Positions 61,623 through 64,000 of a stretch of 64,000 bases of DNA are shown piece by piece (within the stretch, counting starts at the first letter, position 1; every line of letters begins with the position of its first letter). Below the pieces are notes generated by a model, which worked only from the letters and a program-made list of their open reading frames with translations, did not search any database and was not told the origin of the DNA. This DNA comes from Xylographa opegraphella. Its lineage: Eukaryota. The stretch spans positions 1-64,000 of the forward strand of contig JALDZX010000038.1 of assembly GCA_022813865.1 (NCBI GenBank), in the 5' to 3' direction. A program made the translations under genes and the position numbers.

Positions 61623-61909
61623 CAGAGACGTTTGAGCAAAGTTCAGAAGCTAGCAGGCTTTCCAATGTTTGTACTATTCATGAATCCCGCCAGACATCTT
61701 GCTGGGAACTTGACTACCCTAGGGAAACATGATCAAAGGTAAGGTACGATAGGGACCCTCGGAGCTACACGAAAGCGGTGTGCGGCTAATTATATTCTGC
61801 CATTATTTTGAGGCGGAATGACGTCCTTGAGAAGAAGACTCCAAATGCTCCTTCTCTTGATATTTCACCAAAGCGCTTCACTCCCAAGCTCTTCAAATCT
61901 CAACAACGA

Positions 61910-62236
61910 ATGCTCCTCTCTCGCATGCCCACACTGACGCGCGCCTACGCTACTCTTCCTCCGAGAACGCGTTCTCGATCCCCCCGCAACGCCTTCCTAG
62001 ACCTTGACCATTTCCTCCAACGCCAACGCGTACTTACACTCTACCGGACCATTGTGCGAGCGACGAACAAGATCCCGGAGTCTAACACTCGGCTCGAGAT
62101 GAGATCGTTCGCGCGGGAAGAGTTCGAGCGGAATAAAGGCGTGCAGGACCTGACGCACGTGAGATATTTGGTTTCGACGGGGAAGGATCAATTCAAGACA
62201 ATGCAGCGGTATGTGGACGAACTGGCCGGGCGATGA
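61910..62236 (+). CDS. LYRM2: Mitochondrial LYR-motif protein (LYRM2-like), 108 aa
   Basis: Basic presequence, then 'LDHFLQRQRVLTLYRTIVR', 'AREEFERNK.V.D..HVRYLVSTG'. Confidence 0.8.
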   Translation: MLLSRMPTLTRAYATLPPRTRSRSPRNAFLDLDHFLQRQRVLTLYRTIVRATNKIPESNTRLEMRSFAREEFERNKGVQDLTHVRYLVSTGKDQFKTMQRYVDELAGR

Positions 62237-62855
62237 CACGAATGTTGGTATACAGAGGCACTGTAATAGGGAGGATGCGGTCCTGAAGGGTCATTGGTTT
62301 TTAACGAGGTGGGGAAACGTTCTATCCCGTACTGTCATTGCAGTATTGGTGCCGAAAATGACACAATTCGGAGATGTCGACGAACCTCCTCCGTCTTAGC
62401 TTTGTCATCCTGACTGCGGGGTGGACTGGGAAACTCGTGGAAAATTGGGGACACTTGACAGACATTCTTGCCTCTTGAGTTACATGCCAAATTCGCTTGG
62501 ATACCTGGTACAATCACCTCAAAGAGGAGACTTAACAATGGATTATGGTTTTGCTATCTAGTATTGTACCAGACTCCTCGGGTTGGCTCCACTTTCCTAC
62601 CAGTCGCTTCCTCGATGCGTTTCATGCTACTGTGAATCGTGAGCACCCGTGGCACTCGACATGCCAGGTGGACTTTGTATGACAACATACATGGTCACGA
62701 TTGAATCCGGCCGCCAAGACTGTGGTATATCTTCTTCATCTGGTGACCAGAGTCGTTGCAGAACCTCGATGATCGAGTGGATTCGCCGGGAGCAGTGGTG
62801 CCTGGAAATCAGGTTCAGACAGTATTGTCTTTCCGAAGTCTCTAGTACTGGTAGC

Positions 62856-64000
62856 TTAGTCTCTCAAGAACATTTGATATGTTGGCGAATCTGTGCACTC
62901 GGAGAACGGGTAGCCGAGTTTGACCAAAAACCCCATAAGCTCATCTTGCTCATTCTTAGGACATTGAATGCCCGCGAGGACCTTGCCGACATCGCCGCCA
63001 TGGTTACGATAGTGGAACAATGATATGTTCTGACTCGGTCTTAAAGTCGTCAAGAACTTGATCAACGCACCCGGTCGCTCGGGGAATTCAAACATGTATA
63101 GACGCTCATCTTGTACTCCGCTTCGTCCGCCGACAAGGTAGCGGATATGTGATTTCGCCAGCTCATCACCACTGAGATCCGTAGCCGACATGCCATCTCT
63201 GTCAAGTCGATTTATCAGATTCGCGAGCTCCGATGTTCGTGATGACCCATTGACTGAGATGCCCATTAATATATTGGCCGATTGCTCCCTTGCATATCTA
63301 TAGCTGAATTCAGTGACCGCTTGCGGAAGAACTGCCTTGACCAGCTCCGCGAATGCTCCTGGTCGTTCCGGGATATTGACGCTTAATAGAGCCTCCTTTT
63401 TCTCACCAAGAGCGGCACGTTCTGCAACGAAACGTAAGCGATCGAAGTTCATGTTCGCACCAGATGCGATGGCGACAAGACTTCGGCCCTGATTTGAACA
63501 CGGATTTCTCTTGACGTATTTCTTCAGGCCTGCCAATGCAAGTGCACCAGCTGGTTCGACTATGGACCTCGTGTCTTCAAACACATCTTTGATGGCTGCA
63601 CATGTTTCATCGGTTGTGACTTCAATGATTTCGTCCACTACCTCTGAGCATAATCGGAAGGTCTCCTCGCCCACTGTTTTGACAGCTGCACCATCTGCAA
63701 ACAATCCCACCTCCTTTAGCACCACCCGCTTCTTCATTTTGAGTGATTGTACCATGGCATTTGCGTCGTAAGCTTCTACGCCTATAATCTTGACGTGGGG
63801 CGCGATCCGCTTGATATATACCCCAAGTCCCGCTATCAAGCCGCCGCCGCCTACACAACTGAACACCGCCTCCACATCCTGTAGATTGGTCTGCCTTAGG
63901 ATTTCCATCCCAATGGTGCCTTGACCGGCAATGACATATGGGTCATCAAATGGCGCAATGTTTGTAAGACCATGAAGCTTCTCCAGCCGGTGCGCCTCTT
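62856..64000 (-). CDS. ilv1: Threonine dehydratase (biosynthetic), 5'-truncated by the window edge
   Basis: 'PFDDPYVIAGQGTIGMEI', 'VGGGGLIAG', 'SGANMNFDRLRFVAER', and two ACT-like regulatory repeats 'PERPGA'. The frame is open to the window end. Confidence 0.95.
   Translation of the reverse strand, partial: EAHRLEKLHGLTNIAPFDDPYVIAGQGTIGMEILRQTNLQDVEAVFSCVGGGGLIAGLGVYIKRIAPHVKIIGVEAYDANAMVQSLKMKKRVVLKEVGLFADGAAVKTVGEETFRLCSEVVDEIIEVTTDETCAAIKDVFEDTRSIVEPAGALALAGLKKYVKRNPCSNQGRSLVAIASGANMNFDRLRFVAERAALGEKKEALLSVNIPERPGAFAELVKAVLPQAVTEFSYRYAREQSANILMGISVNGSSRTSELANLINRLDRDGMSATDLSGDELAKSHIRYLVGGRSGVQDERLYMFEFPERPGALIKFLTTLRPSQNISLFHYRNHGGDVGKVLAGIQCPKNEQDELMGFLVKLGYPFSECTDSPTYQMFLRD

Noticed and set aside
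49847..64000. Isoleucine theme: ism1 and ilv1 about 10 kb apart
   Set aside because: Five unrelated genes lie between them and no shared regulatory motif is evident. Probably chance.
1..64000. tRNA, rRNA, spliceosomal snRNA, telomerase RNA template, TPP riboswitch and TGA-CTA readthrough signals
   Set aside because: I scanned by eye for hallmark motifs and found none convincing. tRNAscan-SE and Infernal would be needed to exclude them formally.

Overview
Gene-dense eukaryotic DNA from a filamentous ascomycete (Pezizomycotina inferred from short GT-AG introns with CTRAC/CTRAT branch sites and from the protein families). About 23 protein-coding genes can be reconstructed by hand-splicing the ORF track. 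In order: a Pth11-like membrane protein, a cytochrome P450, Nbs1, a small mitochondrial coiled-coil protein, a cytochrome-b5 domain protein, an ER FKBP, an O-methyltransferase, Srs2, a spliced 75-aa microprotein missed by the ORF track, a GPI/cell-wall protein, Png1 (catalytic Cys replaced by Val), Utp4, a G1 cyclin, an F-box-like protein, kinesin-5 BimC, a UPF0183/PHAF1 protein, a DUF7730-like protein, mitochondrial IleRS, a WD40/coiled-coil protein, Mic60, Gab1/PIG-U, Nat4, LYRM2 and a partial Ilv1. I recognised no tRNA, rRNA, CRISPR array or intact transposon. The best leads are: (1) a NEDD1/GCP-WD-like architecture in an ascomycete; (2) the hidden microprotein gene in a 5.8-kb gene-poor stretch; (3) a multi-intron, uORF-bearing leader on the G1 cyclin; (4) a divergent promoter filled by two adjacent minisatellites; (5) three separate tandem arrays sharing a TCGA(A/C)CAC core. 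All family assignments come from motif recognition by eye. No database search was run.
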